In this document: piece after piece, positions 11,677-20,410 of the stretch
Layout: each line of letters begins with the position of its first letter
Position numbering within the stretch: the stretch's first letter is position 1
NCBI GenBank assembly: GCA_902523455.1
Contig: CABYZG010000002.1
Location: forward strand, 43,652-107,651
Origin: an uncultured Pelagibacteraceae bacterium
GTDB taxonomy: Bacteria; Pseudomonadota; Alphaproteobacteria; Pelagibacterales; AG-422-B15
DNA: 64,000 nt
Direction: 5' to 3'
Program-made: the position numbers and the translations under genes
The notes under the pieces: model-generated
The model's database searches: none
The model's input: the letters and a program-made list of their open reading frames with translations, nothing else
What the model was told of the DNA's origin: nothing

Positions 11677-13201
11677 TTTACTTTTTTTGTTCAAACTGAT
11701 TAGAGTACTTAAAAAGTACAATGTATTAATCTTAATAAATAAAAATATACGATTTAAATTTTTATTTATTTTTTTCACTAATTTAATCTCTATAGGCGTG
11801 TCTTATGATAGAAACCATAAGAATAAATCTGACGGGTTAAGGATTGCGCAAGCATTGAACGAACTTGGTCCTTCATTTGTTAAACTAGGACAGTTAATAT
11901 CTACAAGGCCTGATATCGTAGGCAACACAATTGCGGAGGACCTGTCATTATTAAGAGATAATTTACCGCCCTTTTCAAGAAAAACAGCTATTGAAATTAT
12001 TGAAGATGAGTTTGGAACAAATATTGATAATGTTTTTTCGCAATTTAGCGAACCAATTGCCGCAGCTTCAATTGCTCAAGTGCATTTTGCTAAAATAAAA
12101 TCATCTAATACAGAAATTGATGTGGCGGTGAAAGTTCTAAGGCCAGAAATAGAAAAAAAAATCAATCAGGAAATGGAAAGGCTTGAGTGGCTTACCTCTT
12201 TCATGGAAAATTTTACTGAATTTCAAAGGTTAAGGCCTAATTCTATAATAAAAAAAGCAAAGGAAGTCATAAAGTTCGAGCTGGATTTAAGATATGAGGC
12301 TGCGGCTGCTTCAGAGTTATCTGAGAATACGAATATGGATGAGAGTTTTTATGTACCAAAAGTTTATTGGGATAAAGTTACTCAAAAAATACTCACGATG
12401 GAAAAAATTATTGGTATTCCAGCAGATAAAATTGATGAGTTGAACGAAAAAAAAGTAAATAAAAAACAGGCAGCTGAAAATCTGATTATAAATTTTTTAA
12501 GACAGTCAATAAGAGATGGATATTTTCATGCCGACCTTCATCAAGGTAATTTGTTCCTTAATCCAAAAGGTAAACTTTTAGTGGTTGATTTTGGTATTAT
12601 GGGTAGATTAGATAAAAAAAATAGATCTTATTTAGCAGAAATTATTTATGGTTTTATAAAACAAGATTATTTACATATTGCAAAAATTCATCAAGAAGCA
12701 GGCTTGATTGACAAAAATCAATCTATAGAGGATTTTTCACAAGCTTTGAGATCAATAGGAGAACCAATCATAAATCAAAAAGCTAAAAATATTTCAATGG
12801 GAAATGTGCTCCTCCAGTTATTTGATATAACGAAGCAATTTAATATGTTTTTACAACCACAACTTTTACTTTTACAGAAAACAATGATAACGGTTGAGGG
12901 CGTTGCCAGAAAATTGGATCCGGATATTAATTTTTGGGAAATATCGAAACCTGAAATTGAAACATGGCTAAAAGATGAGTTAGGAATAAAAAATAGACTT
13001 CAACAAACACAACAAGCATTACAAAGTATAGCAAGAAAAGTTCCTGACATACCCGACTTTATCTCAAGAGCTGATCAAGCCTTTGATTTGATTGTAAAGA
13101 ATGAAGAGGATAAGACTCAAAAAAATAGCACTAGCAATTCATATGTAATAGGCGGTGTAGCCCTTATAGTTGGAATAATGCTTGCTTTTGTATTCATTTA
13201 G
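11666..13201 (+). CDS. ubiB: Ubiquinone biosynthesis atypical kinase UbiB
   Basis: LGPSFVKLGQLISTRPD, AAASIAQVH, VAVKVLRP, FHADLHQGN, DFGIMG; follows ubiE. Confidence 0.95.
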   Translation: MLSNLLFLFKLIRVLKKYNVLILINKNIRFKFLFIFFTNLISIGVSYDRNHKNKSDGLRIAQALNELGPSFVKLGQLISTRPDIVGNTIAEDLSLLRDNLPPFSRKTAIEIIEDEFGTNIDNVFSQFSEPIAAASIAQVHFAKIKSSNTEIDVAVKVLRPEIEKKINQEMERLEWLTSFMENFTEFQRLRPNSIIKKAKEVIKFELDLRYEAAAASELSENTNMDESFYVPKVYWDKVTQKILTMEKIIGIPADKIDELNEKKVNKKQAAENLIINFLRQSIRDGYFHADLHQGNLFLNPKGKLLVVDFGIMGRLDKKNRSYLAEIIYGFIKQDYLHIAKIHQEAGLIDKNQSIEDFSQALRSIGEPIINQKAKNISMGNVLLQLFDITKQFNMFLQPQLLLLQKTMITVEGVARKLDPDINFWEISKPEIETWLKDELGIKNRLQQTQQALQSIARKVPDIPDFISRADQAFDLIVKNEEDKTQKNSTSNSYVIGGVALIVGIMLAFVFI

Positions 13202-13256
13202 ATAAATTTTTCGTTTATTACTAGTCATTTAGAAAAAAAAAGTATACGTGTACAAA

Positions 13257-14453
13257 ATGCAAAATAAAAAAGTTCTATTGATTATTACTGGAGGTATTGC
13301 TGCATATAAGTCTTTAGAAACAATACGTGAATTAAAAAAAAATAATATAGACGTAACATGTATTTTAACAAAATCTGGGTCTGAATTTGTAACACCTTTA
13401 TCTATTGAAAGTCTCTCAGAAAACAAAGTTTATACTGACTTGTTTAATTTAACAGATGAGCATGAAATGGGTCACATTCAACTTTCTAGATTGTCAGATA
13501 TTATTTTAGTTGCTCCAGCAACTGCAAATATGATTTCAAAAATGGCTTACGGGGTAGCTGATGATCTTGCATCCACCGTTCTCATGGCTACAAACAAGCC
13601 AATACTGATTGCACCAGCAATGAATGTAAGAATGTGGTTGAATAATTCTACACAAAGAAATGTTGAGACATTGAAAAACGATGGCATCGAATTTATCGGC
13701 CCGGATAACGGTGAAATGGCTTGCGGTGAATACGGAGAAGGCCGTATGGCTGAACCAAATGAAGTAGTAAAATTTATTAAAAAATATTTTGATGAGCTTG
13801 ATTATAAACCTCTAGTAAACCGAACTGCTTTAGTTACTGCTGGTCCAACTAAAGAAATGATAGACCCCGTAAGATTTATCTCTAATGAGTCCTCTGGAAA
13901 ACAGGGCTATGCAATAGCAGAAACATTACAAAGCTTAGGCGCAAAAACAACTTTAGTTTCTGGCCCAACGAGCTTAACCAGGCCTAATGTAGAACAGGTC
14001 ATAAACGTGGACTCAGCTGATCAAATGTTAGAAGCTTGCGAAAGTTCACTGCCAGCAGATATTGCCGTATGTGCTGCTGCCGTAGCAGATTATAAGATTG
14101 CCAATAAAGAGATTACAAAGATAAAGAAAGATGGATCACGTCAAAATATGATTTTAGAAGAAAACCCAGATATTTTGGAAAGACTGAGTAAAAGAAACCA
14201 TCTAAGACCAAAACTAGTTGTAGGATTCGCAGCTGAGACCAGTAATCTTGAAAGAAACTCCAATGAAAAACTAAATAAAAAAGGCTGTGATTGGGTTCTA
14301 GGCAACGATGTTTCAGAAAATAGTGTATTTAATCAGGATACAAACAAAATATACTTTACATCAAAACTATATTCTGAAAACTGGGAATTGATGACAAAAA
14401 AAGAAGTAGCCAAGAAACTGTGTCAAAAAATTTCTCTTCACTTGAATAATTGA
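13257..14453 (+). CDS. coaBC: Bifunctional phosphopantothenoylcysteine decarboxylase/synthetase (ORF track starts at GTG 13248)
   Basis: TGGIAAYK, HIQLSR, APATAN, PAMNVRM, ACGEYGEGRM, TAGPTKEMIDPVRFISNESSGKQG. Confidence 0.96.
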   Translation: MQNKKVLLIITGGIAAYKSLETIRELKKNNIDVTCILTKSGSEFVTPLSIESLSENKVYTDLFNLTDEHEMGHIQLSRLSDIILVAPATANMISKMAYGVADDLASTVLMATNKPILIAPAMNVRMWLNNSTQRNVETLKNDGIEFIGPDNGEMACGEYGEGRMAEPNEVVKFIKKYFDELDYKPLVNRTALVTAGPTKEMIDPVRFISNESSGKQGYAIAETLQSLGAKTTLVSGPTSLTRPNVEQVINVDSADQMLEACESSLPADIAVCAAAVADYKIANKEITKIKKDGSRQNMILEENPDILERLSKRNHLRPKLVVGFAAETSNLERNSNEKLNKKGCDWVLGNDVSENSVFNQDTNKIYFTSKLYSENWELMTKKEVAKKLCQKISLHLNN

Positions 14454-14463
14454 TATTATTGAT

Positions 14464-14925
14464 TTGGCTAATCTACCATTCTCAGAAGTACAAATAAAAA
14501 AAACTTCAAAACTTAAGAATTTTGATATTCCTTCTTATCAGACTGATGAGGCCGCTGGAGTTGACTTAAGTGCATCCATTGAAAATTCAATTAAAATTCG
14601 TCCATGGGAAAGAGAAATTATTCCGTGTGGAATTTCAATTGCAATGCCAAAAGGTTTGGAGGCTCAAATTCGGCCAAGATCTGGTTTAGCATTTAAGCAT
14701 GGTATAACAATTTTGAATACTCCTGGAACAATAGACAGTGATTACAGAGGTGAAATAAAAGTTGTATTAATAAATCTAAGCAAAGATGAGTTTACCATTC
14801 ATCCAAAAGATAGAATTGCTCAAATGGTCTTCACAAATGCTATACAAGTAAAGTTGAAAGAAGTTCAAAATCTTGATCAAACAAAAAGGGGAGATGGAGG
14901 ATTTGGATCTACCGGAAAAGATTAA
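14464..14925 (+). CDS. dut: dUTP diphosphatase
   Basis: AAGVDL, RPRSGLA, GTIDSDYRGE, RIAQ, RGDGGFGSTG. Confidence 0.97.
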   Translation: MANLPFSEVQIKKTSKLKNFDIPSYQTDEAAGVDLSASIENSIKIRPWEREIIPCGISIAMPKGLEAQIRPRSGLAFKHGITILNTPGTIDSDYRGEIKVVLINLSKDEFTIHPKDRIAQMVFTNAIQVKLKEVQNLDQTKRGDGGFGSTGKD

Positions 14926-15515
14926 TCAAAATCTTTTATTAGAGCAGCTTTTACCTCATTAGTAAGTACAGAAATATGTGGATAGTGTTCGTGGTCGGTT
15001 CCAATCTCAACGGAGCAATCCATATCTTTAAAATCTTTAATATGATGATCTTCAAACTTAAAGTGTAGAAAATGAACTGATGATGTTTTTCCTGAGTTGT
15101 CTGTACGATCTACGTCATTTTCAGGCACAGCAAAAATTTTATTTCCATTAACCTTTATATATGTCTTATTTTCTACATTACCTAAAGATGACAAAACTTT
15201 TTTTCTAGTTAATGGATTATCTATTTCAAACATGAATGTGGCAACTAATTCTGAACCATTTGGTATCAGGGGATTATACGCCTCTAATTCATCTCTTAAT
15301 TGTTCGTCGCCACCTTTTTCAATATAAAGCATTTCCTGTATCTGAGCCTTCATTGTAAAAAAATTTTCAAAGTAGAAAGTGGAATGTGGTCCTAACTCTA
15401 CTCGTCTATTTTTTTTCATTGCAACAACTTCTTTTCGAATTGACTTACGCTCTTTTGAATAGGTAGTTAAGTCTAATAAATCTGACGAGTCGATTTTTTT
15501 TTGTTCGATTGGCAT
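14922..15515 (-). CDS. DUF3501 family protein (rubrerythrin-associated)
   Basis: KKNRRVELGP...FE...QIQEMLYIEKGGDEQLRDELEAYNPLIPNGSELVATFMFEI...GKTSSVHFLHF; lies downstream of the Fe-S oxidoreductase and rubrerythrin. Confidence 0.88.
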   Translation of the reverse strand: MPIEQKKIDSSDLLDLTTYSKERKSIRKEVVAMKKNRRVELGPHSTFYFENFFTMKAQIQEMLYIEKGGDEQLRDELEAYNPLIPNGSELVATFMFEIDNPLTRKKVLSSLGNVENKTYIKVNGNKIFAVPENDVDRTDNSGKTSSVHFLHFKFEDHHIKDFKDMDCSVEIGTDHEHYPHISVLTNEVKAALIKDFD

Positions 15516-15545
15516 ATCACTTACCTAATAATTAATCATTAAATA

Positions 15546-16886
15546 TCAAGTTAAATTATAGGATTTTGCTATAACTTCTATTGGGTGCATAGAAATATAA
15601 TTTACTTCTTTGTCATCATTTAAAAATTCATTTAAGTGTTTGCAAGCGAGTGGACAATCTGAAACCATATACTTGTTTTTTTTGTTTCGGATTTGACGAG
15701 CAGTCGCCCTGCCATATTTAATTGCCGACTTTCTTGTTTTTTTCATAACCCCAAAAGTTCCACCATGTCCAGCGCACTTTTCAACGACATCTACTTTGGT
15801 CTCGGGAATTTTTTTCAACATTTCTAGCGCTTTATTGCCCATATTTTGTGCCCGAGCATGGCAGGCGTTGTGAACAGTAATTCCATCATCAAAAGATTGT
15901 AAACCATCAACAAGTCCTTCTTTTTTAGCTATATCAACAATATATTCATCAATATCAAAAACATGCTTTGATAGCCGTTTAACATTTTTATTTTCTGGGT
16001 TAATTAACGGCCACTCAAATTTTAACATTAAACCACAACTGGCTGTGAGAGTTACTATGTCATAACCTTGATCGATAAGTTTACATAATTCTTCTGAGAT
16101 ATTTTCTGATTGAATTTTTACTTTTTCATGCTGCGCTTGCTCTAAATGTGGCATTCCGCAACAACCAGGGTACGTTGATATTGTGTCCACACCATTAAAA
16201 TTTAAAACATTATTAGCTGCTACTCCTACTTTTGAATTATTATGGTTAACATAACATGTTGAATAAATTGCGACCTTTCTTCCGTAAGCTGGAGCATTTT
16301 CATTTAGCTTATTAGAAATATTTTTGAAGTTATCATGAAATGACTTTTTTTCGAACTTAGGTAATTCAGCATCTTTATCTATACCTGTCATAAGTTCCAA
16401 CGGACTTCTTGTTAATTTATTTTTTTTATCAGATGACCAATTAGCTATACTGGGCGACAGTCTTGCCAGACTCGCATTTCGATCTACCTTTGCAAGTTCT
16501 TTTGGAATTTTAGATAATTTTTTTTGATTTTCTTGATAAGTTCTGTATCTGAGCATCAGATGAGGAAAATCGATATTAAATTCATGGGGTGGTACGTAAG
16601 GACATTTAGTCATAAAACACATATCGCATAATGTGCATTTATCTGTAACATCCTCGAAATGTTTTTTTGTTAAATCATCAACTGACTCATTTGGGGAGTC
16701 GTCAATAAAATCAAATAATGTTGGGAAACTATCGCAGAGATTAAAGCACCGTCGACAACTATGACAAACTTCAAACTGTCGACGCATCTCAGCATCTAAA
16801 GCTTTTTCATTTAGATATTCATCTGAGTTCCAATCTACAATGTCACGTGTAGGTGCAGCTAAACTGCCTTCTTTTTTTATATCCAT
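15546..16886 (-). CDS. Rubrerythrin-associated Fe-S oxidoreductase (GlpC/HdrD-like, CCG domains)
   Basis: EGSLAAPTR N-terminus, CHSCRRCFNLC and CTLCDMCFMTKC ferredoxin-like motifs, and two cysteine-rich CCG repeats (STC..GCCGMP..ASCG; HNACH..KCAGHGG..SDCPLA). Confidence 0.88.
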   Translation of the reverse strand: MDIKKEGSLAAPTRDIVDWNSDEYLNEKALDAEMRRQFEVCHSCRRCFNLCDSFPTLFDFIDDSPNESVDDLTKKHFEDVTDKCTLCDMCFMTKCPYVPPHEFNIDFPHLMLRYRTYQENQKKLSKIPKELAKVDRNASLARLSPSIANWSSDKKNKLTRSPLELMTGIDKDAELPKFEKKSFHDNFKNISNKLNENAPAYGRKVAIYSTCYVNHNNSKVGVAANNVLNFNGVDTISTYPGCCGMPHLEQAQHEKVKIQSENISEELCKLIDQGYDIVTLTASCGLMLKFEWPLINPENKNVKRLSKHVFDIDEYIVDIAKKEGLVDGLQSFDDGITVHNACHARAQNMGNKALEMLKKIPETKVDVVEKCAGHGGTFGVMKKTRKSAIKYGRATARQIRNKKNKYMVSDCPLACKHLNEFLNDDKEVNYISMHPIEVIAKSYNLT

Positions 16887-16891
16887 GATAG

Positions 16892-16919
16892 AAAAAAGGG
16901 GCTATTTAAGCCCCTTTTT
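16892..16919 (-). terminator. Intrinsic terminator between rubrerythrin and the Fe-S oxidoreductase
   Basis: Perfect 11-bp inverted repeat AAAAAGGGGCT-(5 nt)-AGCCCCTTTTT with a U6 tract on the minus strand, starting 2 nt after the rbr stop. Confidence 0.8.
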
Positions 16920-16921
16920 AA

Positions 16922-17341
16922 TTAATCGATTGAGTCTAATGTTTTTTGGAATTTGCCTGCGTGAGACTTTTCAGCTTTGGCCAATGTTTCGAACCAATCA
17001 GCTATTTCGTCAAAACCCTCTTCTCTTGCAGTCTTTGCCATGCCTGGATACATATCAGTATACTCATGAGTTTCTCCAGCTATAGCAGCTTTTAGATTAT
17101 CCTCTGTTGAACCAATCGGTTCTCCTGTTGCAGGATCACCTACTTCTTCCATAAACTCTAAATGTCCATGAGCGTGTCCTGTTTCACCTTCTGCAGTTGA
17201 TCTAAATACAGCCGCTACATCATTGTGGCCTTCTACATCTGCTTTTTGTGCAAAGTATAAATACCTTCTATTTGCTTGGCTCTCACCTGCAAATGCTGCT
17301 TTTAGGTTATCCAAAGTTTTACTATCTTTTAATTCAGTCAT
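16922..17341 (-). CDS. rbr: Short 'aerobic-type' rubrerythrin (no C-terminal rubredoxin domain)
   Basis: [45 protein letters not shown] diiron ligands; 139 aa with no CxxC; strong SD AAGGAG. Confidence 0.95.
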   Translation of the reverse strand: MTELKDSKTLDNLKAAFAGESQANRRYLYFAQKADVEGHNDVAAVFRSTAEGETGHAHGHLEFMEEVGDPATGEPIGSTEDNLKAAIAGETHEYTDMYPGMAKTAREEGFDEIADWFETLAKAEKSHAGKFQKTLDSID

Positions 17342-17367
17342 TTGTCTCTCCTTAATAAGTTAATACA

Positions 17368-17395
17368 AAGATATAATTGATTTAAAAAAAGTCAA
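17368..17395 (-). promoter_or_regulatory. Putative sigma70 promoter of rbr (TTGACT-N16-TATCTT)
   Basis: Minus strand TTGACT at 17395-17390 and TATCTT at 17373-17368, upstream of the SD at 17353-17348. Confidence 0.55.
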
Positions 17396-17398
17396 TAC

Positions 17399-17415
17399 AT
17401 TAGAATCGTTCTAAA
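17399..17415. promoter_or_regulatory. Iron control element (ICE, Irr box)
   Basis: ATTAGAA-TCG-TTCTAAA, 13/14 match to the ICE consensus TTTAGAA-N3-TTCTAAA; 3 bp from the rbr -35 and next to irr. Confidence 0.8.
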
Positions 17416-17417
17416 CT

Positions 17418-17439
17418 GATATTGAGAATTATTATCAAT
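17418..17439. promoter_or_regulatory. Classical Fur-type operator (7-1-7 / 19-bp box)
   Basis: GATATTGAGAATTATTATC (17418-17436) matches GATAATGATAATCATTATC at 16/19. ATTGAGAAT-T-ATTATCAAT (17421-17439) is a 9-1-9 palindrome with one mismatch. Confidence 0.6.
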
Positions 17440-17831
17440 TAATTATCTAAGTGAACTAGAACTTCTATCTTATTAATTTTTTTATTTTTTGGAGGCTTTG
17501 GGAGGCCACTTACTTTCATATCTACATTAATATCAATTAATTTTTGATCCTTTTTAGAATAAAAGTGGTGATGATGCTCAGTGTTAGTATCAAAATAAAT
17601 ACGTTCAGAATTAATCATTAATTTTTTTAAAAGACCTTTTTCGTAAAAATCGTGAAGGGTATTATAAATTGTTGCAAGAGATATTTCCGCTTTCATTTTC
17701 AAAAGTTTATTTGATAGAGTTTCAGCTGTTACATGCTTGTTTACACCGTCAAATAAATAATTAGCTATAATCACTCTTTGCTTAGTTGGTCTTAGCGAGT
17801 TTTGTCTCAAAAAATGCTTGATATCTTTCAT
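17439..17831 (-). CDS. irr: Iron response regulator Irr (Fur family)
   Basis: LRPTKQR, ISLATIYNTLHDF, YFDTNTEHHHHFY; divergent from fabA as in rhizobial irr-fabA synteny. Confidence 0.85.
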   Translation of the reverse strand: MKDIKHFLRQNSLRPTKQRVIIANYLFDGVNKHVTAETLSNKLLKMKAEISLATIYNTLHDFYEKGLLKKLMINSERIYFDTNTEHHHHFYSKKDQKLIDINVDMKVSGLPKPPKNKKINKIEVLVHLDN

Positions 17832-17851
17832 AAATTTATTTTTATTAAAAT

Positions 17852-17881
17852 TTAATGTATTTTACAATAATAATACATTAA
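17852..17881. repeat. Perfect 10-bp inverted repeat with 10-nt spacer in the irr/fabA divergent spacer
   Basis: TTAATGTATT-TTACAATAAT-AATACATTAA. Confidence 0.7.
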
Positions 17882-17922
17882 TCTTACAAACTTCATATAA
17901 AACAATAAGATAGATAAACCTT

Positions 17923-18423
17923 GTGGAAAAAAAATCAAGCTTTACAAAAGAAGATCTTTTAGATTGCGCTCGCGGCACAATGTTTGGAATTGGAAATGCA
18001 CGGCTTCCACTTCCCCCAATGTTAATGTTTGATAGAATAACAAAAATTACTGATAGTGGTGGTAAATTCGGCAAAGGTGAAATTGTTGCTCAATTGGACG
18101 TAACACCAGACTTATGGTTTTTTGATTGTCATTTTGAAATGGATCCTGTGATGCCAGGATGTCTTGGCTTGGATGCAATGTGGCAATTAGTTGGATTCTA
18201 TTTAGGATGGATTGGTGAACCTGGACGCGGTAGGGCGCTAGGTTCAGGAAACGTAAAGTTTGGTGGTGAAATTTTAAAGGACTCAAAATTGGTTGAATAT
18301 AAAATTGAAATGAAAAAAATAATAAAAAGAGGTGTTATTGTAGGAGTAGGTGATGGAGTGGTAGAAGTAGATGGTAAGCAAATATATTCTGCCGAAGGAT
18401 TAAAGGTAGGGCTGATTAAATAA
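17923..18423 (+). CDS. fabA: 3-hydroxydecanoyl-ACP dehydratase/isomerase
   Basis: [48 protein letters not shown] start. Confidence 0.96.
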   Translation: MEKKSSFTKEDLLDCARGTMFGIGNARLPLPPMLMFDRITKITDSGGKFGKGEIVAQLDVTPDLWFFDCHFEMDPVMPGCLGLDAMWQLVGFYLGWIGEPGRGRALGSGNVKFGGEILKDSKLVEYKIEMKKIIKRGVIVGVGDGVVEVDGKQIYSAEGLKVGLIK

Positions 18424-19634
18424 TGAGAAGAGTTGTAATTACAGGCCTTGGAGTCGTATCATCTCTTGGAAATAATAAGGATGAAGTAAAATCATCATTA
18501 TACAATGCTTCATCCGGTATTTCATTTGACCAATCACAAAAAGAAATGGGTTTTAGAAGCCAGGTGAGTGGCCAGATAGATCTCAATTTAGAAGAGACTA
18601 TTGAAAGAAAGTTTCTTAGATTTATGGGAGATGGAGCGAGCTATAATTATATTGCTATGAACGAGGCCATTGAGGACTCCAGGCTTAATGAAGATGAAAT
18701 ATCGAATAATATGACAGGTTTAATTATGGGATCAGGTGGACCTTCTACTAAAAGCTTACTAAGAGCGTTTGACATCACTCGAGAAAAAGGTCCAAAAAAA
18801 ATTGGTCCTACAAGCGTTCCAAAAGTCATGTGCAGCACCAACTCTGCAACTTTATCAACGTATTTTAAAATTAAAGGCATAAATTATTCAATAAGTTCAG
18901 CGTGTTCTACTAGCGCTCATTGTATAGGTAATGCTTTTGAAATTATACAAATGGGAAAACAGGATCGTATATTTGCTGGGGGTGGTGAGGAATTAGATTG
19001 GACTTTGTCAGCACTCTTTGATGCAATGCCCGCTTTATCTTCAAAATATAATGATCAACCTTCAAAATCTTCCAGGGCTTTTGATAAACATCGTGATGGT
19101 TTTGTAATTGCTGGCGGCGGTGGGGTAGTCGTTTTGGAAGATTTAGAAACAGCGGTAAAAAGAAATGCCAAGATATATGCGGAGATAGTCGGTTATGGAG
19201 CTACATCAGATGGTCATGACATGGTTCAGCCATCAGGGGAAGGTGCTGAAAGATGCATGATGATGGCAAAAAAAGATATTGAAAAAATTGATTACATTAA
19301 TGCTCACGGAACATCAACACCTGTAGGTGATATTGCTGAATTAAAAGCAATAAAAAAAGTATTTAAAGATGATTTACCTCTTATCAGTTCTACAAAATCT
19401 TTAAGTGGGCATTCTTTAGGCGCTGCTGGTGTTCATGAGTCAATTTATACTCTATTAATGATGAATAATAATTTTGTTTCAGAGTCTGCTAATATTGATG
19501 AGTTGGATGATGAAGCAATTGGAATGAATATTCTAACTTCACGTCATGATGAAAAAATTGATACCGCAATGAGTAATAGCTTTGGATTTGGCGGTACAAA
19601 TGCATCATTAGTGTTTAAGAGGTTTGAAGGATGA
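18423..19634 (+). CDS. fabB: 3-oxoacyl-ACP synthase I
   Basis: [43 protein letters not shown]. Confidence 0.96.
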   Translation: MRRVVITGLGVVSSLGNNKDEVKSSLYNASSGISFDQSQKEMGFRSQVSGQIDLNLEETIERKFLRFMGDGASYNYIAMNEAIEDSRLNEDEISNNMTGLIMGSGGPSTKSLLRAFDITREKGPKKIGPTSVPKVMCSTNSATLSTYFKIKGINYSISSACSTSAHCIGNAFEIIQMGKQDRIFAGGGEELDWTLSALFDAMPALSSKYNDQPSKSSRAFDKHRDGFVIAGGGGVVVLEDLETAVKRNAKIYAEIVGYGATSDGHDMVQPSGEGAERCMMMAKKDIEKIDYINAHGTSTPVGDIAELKAIKKVFKDDLPLISSTKSLSGHSLGAAGVHESIYTLLMMNNNFVSESANIDELDDEAIGMNILTSRHDEKIDTAMSNSFGFGGTNASLVFKRFEG

Positions 19635-20410
19635 GTTTACTGCATGGAAAAAAAGGGGTGGTTATGGGTGTTGCTAATGACCATTCTATTGCTTGGGGAA
19701 TTTCAAAAAAATTATCTGATGAAGGTGCTGAGCTTTGTTTTACTTATCAAGGAGAGTCCTTGCATCGAAGAGTAAAGCCTTTGGCAAATTCAATTAAAAG
19801 TAACTTTTTGATTGAATGTGACGTATTAAAAGAAGGATCAGTAAAAAAATCATTTGATGAAATTGGAAATCATTGGGGCGAAATTGACTTTGTATTACAT
19901 TCAATAGCATTTTCTGAAAAAGAAGAATTAAAAGGAAAATATTTGAATACATCACGCAATAATTTTTCAAATACTATGCTTATTTCATGTTTTTCTTTTA
20001 CAGAGGTAGCTCACGAAGCTGAAAAACTAATGAAAAATGGCGGTTCACTTCTAACACTTACTTATGATGGATCTCAAAAATATATTCGGAACTACAACGT
20101 AATGGGTGTTGCAAAAGCTGCTCTTGAATCCAGTGTAAGATATTTAGCTGCTGATCTCGGCCCTTCAAATATTAGGGTCAATGCATTATCAGCAGGACCA
20201 ATGAAAACACTTGCTATGGCTGGTATTTCTGGTGGTAAAGACATGATGAAGTGGTCTGAGAAAAATTCTTTAATGAATAGAAACATTGATTTAGAGGATG
20301 TTGGAAAATCAGGCCTTTACTTACTCAGTGATTTGTCTTCCGGCGTAACAGGTGAAACACATTACGTTGACTGTGGCTATAATATTGTAGGTGTTCCTAA
20401 AGAAATTTAA
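19631..20410 (+). CDS. fabI: Enoyl-ACP reductase (NADH)
   Basis: [47 protein letters not shown]. Confidence 0.96.
   Translation: MSLLHGKKGVVMGVANDHSIAWGISKKLSDEGAELCFTYQGESLHRRVKPLANSIKSNFLIECDVLKEGSVKKSFDEIGNHWGEIDFVLHSIAFSEKEELKGKYLNTSRNNFSNTMLISCFSFTEVAHEAEKLMKNGGSLLTLTYDGSQKYIRNYNVMGVAKAALESSVRYLAADLGPSNIRVNALSAGPMKTLAMAGISGGKDMMKWSEKNSLMNRNIDLEDVGKSGLYLLSDLSSGVTGETHYVDCGYNIVGVPKEI

Noticed and set aside
16620-16650. dif-like CGCATAATGT (similar TTCGCATAAGAT near 49753)
   Set aside because: Only the XerC-like half matches, there is no XerD arm, both are within CDS, and the region is dnaA-proximal.
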